A stretch of 64,000 bases of DNA from an uncultured Planctomycetota bacterium (GCA_963823665.1 CAWGMQ010000008.1:2048001-2112000); one strand, 5' to 3'. Numbered from the stretch's first letter, positions 21,576 to 33,714 are shown. Notes: generated by a model from the letters alone, not told the origin. Made by a program: numbers and translations.

Positions 21576-22712
21576 CTAAGGATTGGGAGAACAGTCGTTC
21601 AAGTAGGGCGGCTTCCTGCGACGCCGCGCCGCAATCGGCGCACCAGAGGGCGCCGCTTTCAGCTCTGCTCCACCCGTGTCGCGATCGGCTGGCTGAATTC
21701 CGGCCGCGGCCCTTCTTCGTCGCCTTGACGATTTGGTACCCGGCCACACCATCGTCCCGCCGCGCCGGCGCCGCTTTTTCCTGCCTGTGCCTTCCGTCGA
21801 GTCGCTCGTCTCGGGCGATACTTGAATTCTGAGCTTTTGGGCAGCCCTCAGCTCGATCATACGCACGGATTCCTTGTTCACACCCACGATTCGCGCGATC
21901 CTGGCAAGGGTCATCGGGCCGTCCTTTCCGAACCCGTGGCGCATGGCAAGAACTTGCTTCTCTTGTTCGTCCAGACACTCCAGGCGAGACTGCAACGACA
22001 GCGCATCATCCGGTGATTCATCCGCCAGCTTGTGTGGCTCGGCTGGATCCAACACCATGCCCGACGACCAGCCACCCTTCTCCCGCACATTGATGCTTTC
22101 CTGTTGAACGTTATGAACCATTTGCGCTCTGGCCACTCGCGATTTCAGCAATTCGCTGAATCCCAATGACGCAGCCACCTCGTCGAAGGTCGGCTTGCGG
22201 TCCATTTCTCGCGCCAGATCACGTTCCGCCTTGCGGACTTTGTGCAGCAGTTCCAACATCTGATGGGGCAGCCGAATGATCGCTGAAGAGTTCGCAACTT
22301 CCCGCCGCATCGCTTTCTTGATCCAAACACTCGCATACGTGCCGAATCGGACTCCATGACTGGGCTCATACTGCTCCGCTGCGCGAATGAGAGCGAGGTT
22401 CCCCTCACTGATCAAATCATCGACCGTCGCGCCGTGCCCCGCACACTCTGTTGCAATTTTCACGACCAGTCCCAGGTTGCACTCGACCAACCGCGACAGT
22501 GCGCCTTTGTCGCCTCGCGCGATCGCCTCGGCCAAGCTCGTCTCTTCGGATGCAGACAGGCGCTTCCATTGCCCGATCATCGCTAGATAAGGTCCCATCT
22601 CACGGTACTTCGCTCTGTCGGCCCGTCGCCTCGGCTGTAGCGATTCATGCCCGTGACAGCGAGCGGTCTGAATCTCTTTCTGTTTCAGCTTGCCGGTCGG
22701 TTCGTGTTGCAT
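21576..22712 (-). CDS. RpoD/RpoS-like alternative sigma-70 factor
   Basis: LVECNLGLVVKIA, DDLISEGNLALIRAAEQYEP..RFGTYASVWIKK, IIRLP, region 4 HTH; no region 1.1; ATG at 22712 after GGAGA. Confidence 0.88.
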   Translation of the reverse strand: MQHEPTGKLKQKEIQTARCHGHESLQPRRRADRAKYREMGPYLAMIGQWKRLSASEETSLAEAIARGDKGALSRLVECNLGLVVKIATECAGHGATVDDLISEGNLALIRAAEQYEPSHGVRFGTYASVWIKKAMRREVANSSAIIRLPHQMLELLHKVRKAERDLAREMDRKPTFDEVAASLGFSELLKSRVARAQMVHNVQQESINVREKGGWSSGMVLDPAEPHKLADESPDDALSLQSRLECLDEQEKQVLAMRHGFGKDGPMTLARIARIVGVNKESVRMIELRAAQKLRIQVSPETSDSTEGTGRKKRRRRGGTMVWPGTKSSRRRRRAAAGIQPADRDTGGAELKAAPSGAPIAARRRRKPPYLNDCSPNP

Positions 22713-23032
22713 TGATAAAATCTCCTTCGAGCTTCCCTCTGGTGTTCGATGTCGCTGGTCTACCCGGATGTCATGCTCCAGCTTCGGGTCCGGGTGCTTG
22801 AGAAAGGAATCTGCCGGCGGAAATCCACCAGCCAGCAGGCGCACGCCCGGTGCTCGGGGCTTCCCCCTTGGTGTCACTCCGGCCGCCGCCGTAGAGCGGC
22901 GCCGAGCGAACCCTCTACCTAAACGATCTACAAAAACACCGAAAAAATTGTATAAAAATTAACAGATTCGTTCGGCGCACATAACATCGTGCGAGATAAA
23001 GGTTTACATCTTTCGCCTCGGAGTGATGGTCA

Positions 23033-24709
23033 GTGACCGTCAATTCGCGAACTTCCCGTCCGTGCTATCCGCGATCCCCGGCGCGGTCCTCGGGCCGGCC
23101 GGGCGCGCTCAAAACGAGGCGAAAGAACTTGATAAATCGTTACTTCCCCGGCTTCCCAGACCTTTCTCACATCGTACGGATGCGCATGAACAAATTGCGC
23201 CAGCGGACTTCGGGCGCGCGGCTGTATCGTTCCCGGTCGACCAGCAGGTATGCCACGCGGTATTCGGCAATCGTCCTCGCGATCGACTCAGGGCCGGCAT
23301 CGTGCTCCGTGCGCCGCTCCTCGGTCGAGACCGCGAGCCCCTGCCGGCCCGTCTGCCAGAACACCTCGCCGGGATGCCGTGACAGGATCGCACCTGGCCG
23401 GTCACCGTGATGAACAAGCCAGTTGCAGGCGGAATCAAAATCCCGCTGAGCTGATTCCATCGCTTTGGCCCGTCCCGCGATCGTTGCGTAAACCGAGTAA
23501 GGCAGCGATCCTGCAAGCAGCAAACTCGCCGCAATCCGGCGAACCTTGGACGGTCTGAGCTTGAGCCCTCGCCACCTTCCCAGCGAAACGAGCGGCCCCG
23601 AAAGCCCTTCGAGCCCAGCGACCAGCAGGCACGGAACCAGTGGAATCAGAAATCGACCTGCTTCCGTGAAAGGCCACGGCAAAATGATCAAAATCGTCAG
23701 AATCGGAATCAGGGCGATCAGCCGCGCTCGTGGTCTCCACAATGCAATCACCAATCCCAGGGCGATGACTGCTGTCGCCACAAGACCCCACAGACCCGCC
23801 ACGCTCCGCGCTACGCCGGAGGTCTGAAAGCGTGTTCCAACTTCGACGACAGGGCCGGTAAGCTGGTCCGGAATGCGCATGACGTAAAAGAGGAGCTGGC
23901 GACCGATCAGAACGGGCCACGACGAGTTCCCCGTGAAGATCATTCCAACCTGGGTGCCCCTATATCCCACCACCGCCAACCAGACAACCCACGGAAGAAC
24001 GAGGAGCCCCGTAACGACGGCGATTGTCAGCATCTCTCGCCAGCGTCTCGCCAGAGCCCGGTCGAGCAAGACCGCCAGCACGAGCCCGATCGCTATGTGC
24101 CGCGTCATGAGACAACCGGCCAGAAGCACGCTGAGTGCGAGGGTCCTGGAAACGGTCGCTCGATGTCGGGCCGGCGCGGGCTGCCAACGGCTCGCCCGCT
24201 GCGCCCCGTGGCACTGGCTCCGCCAGTGCGCCGGCTCTCCGTCGCTTGCCGCTCCACGCGGCGAGAACGACCAACTGGCAAAGCAGCATGTAGAGTGGCT
24301 CGGACAGGATCGCGCTGCCGGTTCGCGCCCAGAGCCAGTTGACGCTCAAGGCTATTCCGAGGATGAACGCCGTGTTACTTCCCACGAGGCGCCGAAACCA
24401 CCACCACGAGGCGATCGTCGCGCCGACGGTACACACGACGGATAGAACATGAGCCGCGCCGGCCGAGATGCCGGTCAATTTCCAGACCCCGGCGAGCAAG
24501 AACGGGTATCCGGGCGGGAAGTGGCCGTGGCGGGGCTCGTCTGGATGGTCGATTGCCCGATAGCTGTGCCGCTCGAGCAGAGACCGCGCGAGCACCGCAT
24601 AGCCGGCCCCGTCATATCGCGGCGGCGCAGACCAGCTCGCATTGGCCACGATGAATGCCGCGCTGGCGATCCCGACCAGTGACCCCGCGCTCCACTGCGA
24701 GCCCATCAC
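23033..24709 (-). CDS. Membrane GT-C-like glycosyltransferase (ArnT/PMT-like), frameshifted
   Basis: PRYDGAGYAVLARSL, HFPPGYPFLLA, ILSEPLY, GRFLIPLVP, many TM segments; ORFs 23960-24709 and 23167-24129. The 3' end is approximate. Confidence 0.65.
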
Positions 24710-24715
24710 CGTGTC

Positions 24716-26932
24716 CTATCGCCGCTCCCCTTTGATCCGGTTCACCCGCGCGGCCTCCGTCTTGATGAACGCGACGTCAAGGAATGGATCGGCCGAAACC
24801 CGCTGGAAGCGGACGTCCCCTCCGGCGTCAATCAAGAACGTACCGTGCAGCGGCTGGCCCTCGAAGTCATCATAAGCTTCATAAATCTTGAATAGCTCCA
24901 GCTTGGGGTCGGCCAGGATCGGCATGGGGAACTTGATGCCGTCCTTGTTGTTCTTGAGAGCCTTCGCGGCTTCGACGTCGTCCGTCCCGATCGCCACCAC
25001 CTCGACGTTCAATTTCTTGAGCGCCTCGATCTCCTTGCCAAACAGCTCGAGCTGCTGCATGCAGTGGGCGCATTTCCCTCCCAGAAAGAAGATGATCAAG
25101 ACGTTCTTGCCCTTCCGCTCGGCGAGACTCCAGGCAGCACCGGCCGTGTCGGTTCGCCAGAACGGCGCGGCCGGAAACGCCGACCAGGTGAGCGGCCCCA
25201 GCGTCGTCAGATCGATGCGGTTGACGGTGTTCTCGTCGGTGTCGCCACCGCCGGCCGGCTCTCCCCGGGATGTCCACGCGTTGTCGGCTTTCCAGCGGGC
25301 GACAATCGCCTCCAGCCGCCGGAAGACCGGAAGGTCGCGGTCCGCAGACCGCGCAAGCGGCTCGAGAGTGCGATAGACCTCGCGCGCTTCCTTGTCCTTC
25401 CCGCAAAGATGCAAGATCTCGACCTGAGATGCCAGCGGCGCGACTTGCTTCGGGTTCTTGGCGACGGCCTCGCGGGCTTTGACTTCCGCAAAGCCGAAAT
25501 TCCGGGCCTTCAGGTGCGCCCGCGCCAGATTCTCGGGCCGCATCGTCGTGGCTTTCGCGAATGAGTCGAACGCAGGCCCGATCTCCCCGCGAGCCAGCAT
25601 CTGTAGACCTTCCAGCTCGGCAAGTGCCGATTTCGCCCCGGGGCTCGTCAGCTTGCGCAAGGCCTCGATCTGCGCGGCAAGCTTGCCCTGGTCGTTCTTG
25701 GCAGCATAGGCGAGCCCGAGCGTGTATGCCTTCTGCTCGAGCTCGATCGGCAGACTCGACCAGTCGAGTGCCCCGCTCGTTGTGGCCGCAATCAGATCAT
25801 CCCATAACTCGTACCGGATCAGTATCTCCGACCAGCGGGCGCGCCCGCTGCGCTGTGCGGAACCCCCGTCGTTGGGCCCGTTCTTGGCGGGATCACGCGG
25901 CTGCTCAACCAGGTTCCGCGCCACCGCAATCGCATCGTGCACCCGGCCGATGTGGCTCAAGCTCGTGCAAAGCCACTGATTGTTGTGGGCGTAGTTGTGG
26001 ATCTCGAACGGCATCACCCTGTCCCTGATCATGTACGCGTGATCGACCCGGGCCGATCCCTCCTGCTGATACGCGGCGTCGGCATAACGCTTGAGCTCGG
26101 TGTAGGTGTGCCCCGGCATGTGCCACGCATGCGCAATGCCCGGCGCCGTCTTGGCGTAAAGCGCAGCCGACTTCTCGGCCCGACGCGGCTTGGACCCATC
26201 CCAGAGATGAATCCGGTAATGGTGCGCCCCCGGGTGCATCGGCTCGGTTTCCATCACCGTGTCCAGCACGACATCAACGGCCTGCCGGCTGCCGATTCCG
26301 TCCCTGGAATTCTGCCAGTTCTGCCAGGTCACCATCGCCAGCCACGCGCGTGCATCGATATCTCCCGGAAACTCCTGCACGATCGATTCCAGCCCTTGCA
26401 GCCAACCCTGGCGCTTGGCTTGGTCGGTTGCTCCATCCTTGAAGAACGCTTCAAGCGCGGCCAGATAATGCGATTCCCGCGAGCTGATCCCCGCAGCCCG
26501 CTTCCGGGCTTCGCTCAAGAACCCTTTCGCGCGCCTGGGATTATTGATGTTCGACATCGCCATGCCCCAGTACGCCATGGCGCAGCGGGGGTCGATCCTG
26601 GCCGCTTCCCGGAACGATCGCTCGGATTCGAAGTAGTAAAAGGAATGAAGCTGCGCCACCCCTTGATCGACGAATTTCTGCGCATCGGGCTTGGTCGTGG
26701 TCACCGGAAAATGAACCTTGCCCATACCCGGTATGATATGCGCCGCACGCCGCGGGCCGTCGTTGAACGCCTCCCCATGCAGCGAATGGCCGGGTGGCGG
26801 CACCGCCGGATTGGCCTCCGTCGCCGACGCCGTCGGCTTCACCGGCTCCTGAGCGCCAGCCTGAAGAGAAGCGGAAAAGACCAGCCCCGCCGCGGCAATG
26901 AGCATCGCATAACCACTTTCGGCCCCGCGCAT
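24716..26932 (-). CDS. Secreted TPR-like protein with a C-terminal AhpC/TSA redoxin domain
   Basis: AQKFVDQGVAQLHSFYYFESERSF, HPGAHHYRIHLWD, HAWHMPGHTY; C-terminal CAHC (CxxC) and HGTFLIDAGG. The start is uncertain. Confidence 0.8.
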   Translation of the reverse strand: MRGAESGYAMLIAAAGLVFSASLQAGAQEPVKPTASATEANPAVPPPGHSLHGEAFNDGPRRAAHIIPGMGKVHFPVTTTKPDAQKFVDQGVAQLHSFYYFESERSFREAARIDPRCAMAYWGMAMSNINNPRRAKGFLSEARKRAAGISSRESHYLAALEAFFKDGATDQAKRQGWLQGLESIVQEFPGDIDARAWLAMVTWQNWQNSRDGIGSRQAVDVVLDTVMETEPMHPGAHHYRIHLWDGSKPRRAEKSAALYAKTAPGIAHAWHMPGHTYTELKRYADAAYQQEGSARVDHAYMIRDRVMPFEIHNYAHNNQWLCTSLSHIGRVHDAIAVARNLVEQPRDPAKNGPNDGGSAQRSGRARWSEILIRYELWDDLIAATTSGALDWSSLPIELEQKAYTLGLAYAAKNDQGKLAAQIEALRKLTSPGAKSALAELEGLQMLARGEIGPAFDSFAKATTMRPENLARAHLKARNFGFAEVKAREAVAKNPKQVAPLASQVEILHLCGKDKEAREVYRTLEPLARSADRDLPVFRRLEAIVARWKADNAWTSRGEPAGGGDTDENTVNRIDLTTLGPLTWSAFPAAPFWRTDTAGAAWSLAERKGKNVLIIFFLGGKCAHCMQQLELFGKEIEALKKLNVEVVAIGTDDVEAAKALKNNKDGIKFPMPILADPKLELFKIYEAYDDFEGQPLHGTFLIDAGGDVRFQRVSADPFLDVAFIKTEAARVNRIKGERR

Positions 26933-27090
26933 GAGAAGTTTCCCCGGTCGCCGCCACGGCTGTGATCGATTGTTTTGACTCTGACTCGGCTCGACGACAC
27001 CGCCTCTCTCGTCACCGAGCCAGGCGCCGCGCACTGCCGAGTCCAGCTATTCTCGCCCAACTAACGAATAAAAGCGAGCCTTCGCGAGCG

Positions 27091-27128
27091 AAAAAGCCCG
27101 GCGAACCCTCCCGGATCCGCCGGCCTTT
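27091..27128 (-). terminator. Probable rho-independent terminator
   Basis: Minus strand CCGGCGGATCC-GGGA-GGGTTCGCCGG followed by GCTTTTT, about 50 nt after the oxidoreductase stop. Confidence 0.5.
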
Positions 27129-27175
27129 CCCCAAGCCTGAAAATACACTTCCTCGATCTGCGACAGGCCCATCGC

Positions 27176-28594
27176 TCAGATTTCCCATCCCTTGCGAATA
27201 TAGGGCTTCAAGTACTGGCTGGCCTCGGAGTTATTCGCGACCTCGCCCGTTTCCGGATTGTATTCAATCGAGCCAGCCCACTCAGCCGGCTTTTTCTTTT
27301 CATCGATCAGCTTGCCCGAGCGCACCGCCACGTTGCCAAGCAGCATCGACTCGGTCAGGGTCGCCGCGTAGTCGAAATTGGAAAGTGCGAGGGACGGCTT
27401 CCCCGCGCGAATCGCCGCGACCCACTCTCGCTTCTGGTTGCCGTCGATGTCGCCAGGGCGCTCATGCCGCGGCAGCGTCTGCGCCGGAACCTTGAGCTCG
27501 ACATAATCGCCCTTCGGCCAAATAACTTGCTTGGCGCCGTAGTCGTTCGGTGAATACATCCGATAAAGCGAGCCCACGATCACCGACCCGCTGTCCGAAG
27601 GTGCCAGTCCCCGGTCGGGGAAAATACTCGCAGGCGGCAGGTTCCGCTTGCCGTCCTTCGCCCCTTCGTACCAGGTCAGCTTGACCGGCGGCAGGTTGCC
27701 ACGCGCGGGGAACTCATACGTGATCGTCGCCCACGCCGGGTACGTCTCCTGGTTGATCGCCCCGCTCTTGCTCGAGACGCGCGTCGGCAGCCCGAGCTGA
27801 AGCGCCATGAACGGCAGATTGGTCGTGTGACAGGCCATGTCACCGAGCGCGCCGGTCCCGAAGTCCCACCAGCCGCGCCAGTTGTGCGGATGATAAACCG
27901 GGTTGTACGGCCGCTCGGGCACCGTCCCCAGGAAGAGGTCCCAGTGCACGTGCTCGGGAATCGCCACCGATTCCTGCGATCGCGCCACGATGTCCGGCGC
28001 CTGCTTCCAGTAGTTGAACGGGCGATTGGTCCAGACGTGCACTTCCTTCACCTCGCCGATCGCCCCGGCACGAACCAGCTCGACTGCCCGGCGCAACCCG
28101 GAATCCGCCGTTCCCTGGTTCCCCATCTGCGTGCACACGCCCTTCTGCCGTGCCGTCTCGCGCATCAGACGAGCTTCCCACACGGTGTGTGCCAGCGGCT
28201 TCTGGCAATAGACGTGCTTGCCCATTCGCATTGCCATGACGGCCGCCGGCGCATGCGTGTGGTCGGGCGTCGACACGATCACAGCGTCGACCTGGTCACC
28301 AAGCGCGTGCAGCAGCTCGCGATAATCGTTGTACTTCTTGGACTCCTTCTGCCTTCGGGCCATGTCGTCCAGACGTTTCTGGTCGATGTCGCACACCGCA
28401 ACAACCCGACCGACCCGTGCGGCGTGCTCCGTGTCGCCCCCCCCTTTGCCTCCGACGCCAATGCAGGCAATGTTCAACGTGTCATTCGGCCCGACACCCC
28501 AGGCGAGGCTTCGCTTGCCCTGGACCAGAACACCAAAGCCCGCGACCGAGGCGCCGAACAAGAACGACCGACGGTTCGTCGTCATACTCATCAA
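27176..28594 (-). CDS. Tat-exported Gfo/Idh/MocA oxidoreductase
   Basis: NRRSFL Tat motif, IACIGVGGKG, STPDHTHA, HVYCQKPL, GTGALGDMACH. Confidence 0.93.
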   Translation of the reverse strand: MMSMTTNRRSFLFGASVAGFGVLVQGKRSLAWGVGPNDTLNIACIGVGGKGGGDTEHAARVGRVVAVCDIDQKRLDDMARRQKESKKYNDYRELLHALGDQVDAVIVSTPDHTHAPAAVMAMRMGKHVYCQKPLAHTVWEARLMRETARQKGVCTQMGNQGTADSGLRRAVELVRAGAIGEVKEVHVWTNRPFNYWKQAPDIVARSQESVAIPEHVHWDLFLGTVPERPYNPVYHPHNWRGWWDFGTGALGDMACHTTNLPFMALQLGLPTRVSSKSGAINQETYPAWATITYEFPARGNLPPVKLTWYEGAKDGKRNLPPASIFPDRGLAPSDSGSVIVGSLYRMYSPNDYGAKQVIWPKGDYVELKVPAQTLPRHERPGDIDGNQKREWVAAIRAGKPSLALSNFDYAATLTESMLLGNVAVRSGKLIDEKKKPAEWAGSIEYNPETGEVANNSEASQYLKPYIRKGWEI

Positions 28595-28971
28595 CGATGC
28601 TCCTGTTGATCAAACAAGGTGGGAGGGCCAACTGTCGCAGTCAGCGGCTCACTCGAAGGCGGGAATTCAGATCACTCGCCGCTGGCACAGTAACCATTCC
28701 GTTTATTGTGGCCAGAACACGCATCAATTGCGAGCCGGTTCCGCAACCGTCACCACTCGAACGGGTGCAATCAATCACGCGGGGCGAGGCGCCGCCGGGT
28801 GCGACGACAATCCGCCCCCGCCCTTGCGTTCCAGCCGACGACGACGATAATGGCAAGTGCTCATGCAGAACTCGAGCCCCAAGGCACACAGCACCGCTTC
28901 ATTGTCGCCCTTTACTCCGCACACAGCACCGTATACCTTGATTGGCCGCCGGAAGAAAATGGAGCGATACC

Positions 28972-29538
28972 ATGAAAAATCTCAGCCTGATAACTCTGTT
29001 TGTCGCTCTTCTGGCGACCGCAGATACTCGCTCCGTCTTCGCCCAGCAAGGAACCCATTTCCAGCGGGTAACGACAACGGCCTCAAGTGCTTCGCACTCG
29101 CCTTCCGCGCGTAGCCCAAGGTCCACTCCCGCACGCGACGTCCAGGCTCCGAGAGTGGCAAGCCGCGCTTCGAGTGCCAGGGCGTCCAGGGTGGCGGAGC
29201 TTGAACGCTTGCGGGCGCAGTCCGACGTGCTTCACCCCTACTCGAGTCGCTCCGCGGCTGTGGCCCAGTCGGATGATCGTGGATCCGATGGCGGCCGGTT
29301 CTCCACCTGGCGCAACCAACCGCAGCCGGCCGCTCCCGCCCCCCGAGTTGCGGCCGCACCGCGATCTCATAACTATTACCCCACCTTGCGGTCCGGCGTT
29401 TATGCCGCGCAGCCGGTCCAGCTCACGGCCAACCAGGGCTTTCTTCTCCCGCGAACGTGCTGCTCCGCCAGCCGCTCTCAGTTGATGGCCGCCGCCGGCT
29501 CTCAGTCATTATCCGGCATGGGTGCGCACCATCACTGA
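28972..29538 (+). CDS. Secreted low-complexity hypothetical protein
   Basis: GGAG RBS; signal peptide MKNLSLITLFVALLATA..AQ. Confidence 0.6.
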   Translation: MKNLSLITLFVALLATADTRSVFAQQGTHFQRVTTTASSASHSPSARSPRSTPARDVQAPRVASRASSARASRVAELERLRAQSDVLHPYSSRSAAVAQSDDRGSDGGRFSTWRNQPQPAAPAPRVAAAPRSHNYYPTLRSGVYAAQPVQLTANQGFLLPRTCCSASRSQLMAAAGSQSLSGMGAHHH

Positions 29539-29690
29539 ATTCCGGCAACCTCGGCCGCCCCGCCTCGAACCGCGCTTTGTCTGCCGGCCCCGGCGTGTTA
29601 TGATACGGACCTGAATAGTGGCCCGGCGAATTCATTCGCCGCGCTCGGGGACCGAGCGCACTGGGTTTCCTTTGGGTTTCTACAGCCTCG

Positions 29691-31973
29691 ATGAAACGGA
29701 ACAGCGAGATCCAAAAGATCGCATTCGTCGGCGATTATCTGCCGAGACGATGCGGCATAGCGACTTTCACCTACGACGTCTGCACGTCGGTTGCCACCCA
29801 GTATCCCGGCTCCGATTGTTTCGTCGTGCCCATCAACGACGTTCCTCAGGGTTACGACTACCCGTCCGAAGTCCGCTTCGAAATCGAGGAACAAGAGGCT
29901 CGATTCGTACCTCCGAGCGGCTGATTTCCTCAATTTCGCCAACGCCGATATCGTCAGCCTCCAGCACGAGTACGGCATCTTCGGCGGCACCGCCGGCAGC
30001 CATGTCGTTCGTCTGCTTCGCGACCTGCGCATGCCGATCGTCACGACGCTGCATACCGTCCTCAAGGATCCCAGCCCCGAGCAGCACCGCGTGCTCTCTC
30101 AAATCGGCGAGCTCTCGGCCCGCATGGTGGTCATGTCCGAGCGCGCCGCGCCTTCCTGCGCGAAGTCTATGACGTGCCGGACGCCAAGATTGATCTGATC
30201 GCGCACGGTATCCCCGACATGCCCTTCGTTGATCCCAATTTCTACAAGGATCAATTCGCCGTCGAAGGCAAGCTGGTCGCGCTCACTTTCGGTCTCCTGT
30301 CGCCGAACAAGGGAATCGAGCGAATGCTTCGGGCCATGCCCGCCATCCTTCGTGAATTCCCGAACTTCTTCTACATCGTGCTCGGGGCAACTCATCCCAA
30401 TCTGCTGCGGGAGCAGGGGGAGCGCTATCGTATCAGCCTCGAGAGGCTCGCCAAGGACCTGGGCATCAAGCCCAACGTCAGCTTTTACAACCGGTTCGTC
30501 GCGATCGACGAGCTGATCGAATTCATCGGCATGGCCGACATCTATATCACCCCGTATCTGAACCCGGCTCAGATCGCCTCGGGAACGCTTGCCTATGCCT
30601 TCGGCTGCGGCAAAGCCGTCGTCTCCACGCCTTACTGGTATGCCGAAGAGCTGCTGGCCGACGGCCGTGGCGTCCTCGTGCCGTTCGACGACTCGGCGGC
30701 CCTGGCCCGCGAAATCTGCGCGCTCCTCCACGACGAGCCCAGGCGCCATGCCATGCGGAAAAAGGCCTACATGCTCGGCCGCGAGATGATCTGGAGCCAC
30801 GTCGCACACCTTTACATGGAATCGTTCCAGCGCGCCAGGCGCAGCCGGCTCGACATGCCGTACAAACCGCAGGCGGTTCGAACCCTGGCCGAACAGCCCA
30901 TGGATCTGCCGAGTTGGCGGCTCGATCACCTGGTTCGAATGACTGACTCGGCCGGAATGCTCCAGCACGCCCACTCCACGATCCCGAACTTCGCCGAAGG
31001 CTACTGCACCGACGACAACGCCCGGGCTCTGCTCTTGACCGTCCAGCTCGAGCAGCTCGGTCAGAGCACGGCCCAGTTGATCCGCCTGGCGACGACCTAC
31101 TCGGCATTCTTGAACTTCGCATTCGACCGGGGAAAATGCCGGTTTCGCAACTTCCTCGGCTTCGATCGCTGCTGGCTCGAGGATGTGGGCTCCGACGACT
31201 CCCACGGCCGCGCCCTTTGGGTGCTCGGCGCCTGCGTGGGCCGCTCGCGCCGCCGCGACCTCCAGCTCTGGGCCTCGCAGCTTTTCGATCTCGCCCTGCC
31301 GACGATCGCCGAGACCACCTCGCCACGCGCCTGGGCCTCCGCGATTCTGGGCGTCTGCCTCTACCTCCAAAGATTCGGCGGCGCACGGCCACCGGGCCAG
31401 GTGCGCGACACCCTGACGGAGCGACTGATCGAGCTCCTCGAAAAAAACTCCGACGACGACTGGCCCTGGTTCGAAAACGTCCTGAGCTACGATAACGCCA
31501 AGCTCCCCCACGCGCTCATCGCCAGCGCCCGATCGAGCGGAAACGACCGCGCCTTGTCGCTGGGCCTGCAATCACTCTCCTGGCTCCTCGAACAGCAAAA
31601 GTCGCCGACCGGCCGCTTTCGTCCGATCGGTTGCAACGGATTTTACGAGCGCGGCCGGGAACGCGCCCAGTTCGATCAGCAGCCCATCGAAGCGCAGGCC
31701 ACGCTCACCGCGTGCATCGAGGCCTACCACGCCACCGAAGACCCAGTCTGGCTTCAGGAAACCCGGTTGGCCTTCGAGTGGTTCCTGGGCGCCAATGACC
31801 TCGGGCTCGACCTCTATGACCCCAAGACCGGCGGCTGCCACGACGGTCTCCAGGAAGATCGAGTCAACTCGAACCAGGGGGCCGAATCGACCCTCGCCTT
31901 TCTGCTGTCCCTGGGCGAAATGAAGCTGCTGGAAAGCACTCTGGCGACCTACCGTCAAGTGCAGGTGACTTGA
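29691..31973 (+). CDS. GT4 glycosyltransferase with a C-terminal helical domain, frameshifted near 29895 and 30150
   Basis: GDYLPRRCGIATFT, LQHEYGIFGG, TFGLLSPNKGIE, SGTLAYAFGCGKAVVSTPYWYA, YCTDDNARAL, NQGAESTLAF. Confidence 0.88.
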
Positions 31974-31979
31974 ATCACA

Positions 31980-33473
31980 ATGAATACCGTCGCCCTTGGC
32001 ACCGCAGATCGTAGCGCCCGGCCGAAAATCCGCCGCACCGGCATCGTTTTGAAACCCACGAACAGCCGGGTGGTCATCCGTCCGTTCGAGCCGACCAGCG
32101 TCCATCGAGTCGAGCGAATTCTTGCCCGGCTGATGTCGCTCTCCGAGCCCGAAGTCGACGGCCTGCTCGGTGACGTGATGAGCGAATTTCACAGCCGCCA
32201 TCAAAAGACCCGTCACTTCTTCCTGCACCGCTTTGAGCAGGTCAAGCAACACCTCTTGACCGATCAGCATCTGAGCGAGAACCGCCGCATGTTGATCGGC
32301 GCCTACTTCACCCAGGAATACGCGCTCGAATCGGCCGCTCTCTTCAACCCGTCCATGGTCTGGCACCCCGATCAAACGGGCCTTGATCCCGGCTCGCGGC
32401 GCTTCCTGCTCTCCCTCCGGGCCACCGGCGAGGGACATATCTCTTCGATCACCTTTCGCAGTGGTATCGTCGATGCCGATTGCCGCATTCGCATGGATGA
32501 GCCAACTCGCTTCGTCACCGCACCCGAGCAGGTGCCCAACGCCCTCTATGAGAAAAACTTGTTCTACCGCAAGCTGCTCGAGCTGGGCGTCGACAGCCCG
32601 TTCGTCGGCAAGGTACTCGCCACGCTCAGCGATCAGTTCACGCTCGAGCATCTCGAGCTCGCCATCACCTCCGCCATCAACCAGAGCAGACCGCGCCACC
32701 TCGAGAATGAGCCCACAGTCCAGGGAATGCGCACCCTGGCGAAGGCCAACTACGAGATCAGCTTCTCCCCCGAGCAGCATATCTCGGAACGCGTTGTTTT
32801 CCCCTCTTCACCCACCGAGGCCAACGGCATCGAAGACGCCCGCTTCGTCGCATTCCACGACGAGGACGGCTCGATCCGCTACTATGCAACCTACACTGCC
32901 TTCGACGGCAAGGTGATTCTCCCCCAGATCCTCGAAACCGACGACTTCCTCCATTTCAAGATCAGCACATTGAATGGCCCTGTGGTGCAAAATAAGGGCT
33001 TCGCCCTCTTCCCACGCAAAGTGAGCGGCCTCTACGCCATGCTCTCGCGGCAGGATAACGAGAACATTTTCTTGATGTACTCCGACCTGTTGCACTTCTG
33101 GCACACCAAGGAGCTGATCGCCAAGCCGACGTACGCATGGGAATTCGTCCAGCTCGGCAACTGCGGCTCGCCCATCGAGACCGAAAAGGGCTGGCTCGTC
33201 CTGACCCATGGCGTCGGCTCGATGCGCAAGTACGCACTCGGTGCATTCCTGCTCGATCTCGACGATCCCACCCGTGTGATCGGCCGCCTGGAATCGCCCC
33301 TCTTGGAGCCCGACGCCAACGAACGCGAGGGCTACGTCCCTAACGTGGTCTACAGTTGCGGCGGCGTGATCCACAATCGCCAGTTGATCATCCCCTACGC
33401 CATGTCCGATTACGCCAGCACCTTCGCCACCGTGTGCCTGGACGAGGTCCTCGACGCCATGACGCGTCTGTGA
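31980..33473 (+). CDS. GH130-family glycosidase/phosphorylase
   Basis: ESAALFNPS, NGIEDARFV, NKGFALFPRK, LTHGVG, REGYVPNVVYSCG. Confidence 0.9.
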   Translation: MNTVALGTADRSARPKIRRTGIVLKPTNSRVVIRPFEPTSVHRVERILARLMSLSEPEVDGLLGDVMSEFHSRHQKTRHFFLHRFEQVKQHLLTDQHLSENRRMLIGAYFTQEYALESAALFNPSMVWHPDQTGLDPGSRRFLLSLRATGEGHISSITFRSGIVDADCRIRMDEPTRFVTAPEQVPNALYEKNLFYRKLLELGVDSPFVGKVLATLSDQFTLEHLELAITSAINQSRPRHLENEPTVQGMRTLAKANYEISFSPEQHISERVVFPSSPTEANGIEDARFVAFHDEDGSIRYYATYTAFDGKVILPQILETDDFLHFKISTLNGPVVQNKGFALFPRKVSGLYAMLSRQDNENIFLMYSDLLHFWHTKELIAKPTYAWEFVQLGNCGSPIETEKGWLVLTHGVGSMRKYALGAFLLDLDDPTRVIGRLESPLLEPDANEREGYVPNVVYSCGGVIHNRQLIIPYAMSDYASTFATVCLDEVLDAMTRL

Positions 33474-33531
33474 ATGCCGGGGCTGGGCGCAGTGACATTC
33501 TTCATGTAGCCTGGCGACAACGCGAAGCGAT

Positions 33532-33650
33532 GTTGGGCGCGGGTCTCTGACCCCGCCCCAGCGGCGTGACCGCAGGTCTCCGACACGCGTCCAAAGCGTC
33601 TGTTGGGCGCGGGTCTCTGACCCCGCCCCGGAGCGTGACCGCAGGTCTCC
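33532..33650 (+). repeat. Two tandem REP copies (33532-33581, 33602-33650)
   Basis: GTTGGGCGCGGGTCTCTGACCCCGCCCC..CGTGACCGCAGGTCTCC twice, 70-bp period. Confidence 0.85.
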
Positions 33651-33714
33651 GACACTCGCCCGCAACGTCGAATTCTTACGGGCACAAATTCCAGATTTCC
33701 ACGGAACTGTTCTG

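Noticed and set aside
33532..33650. Direct repeats with a short spacer resembling a mini CRISPR array
   Set aside because: Only two units, the same sequence is dispersed elsewhere as a REP, and there are no cas genes.
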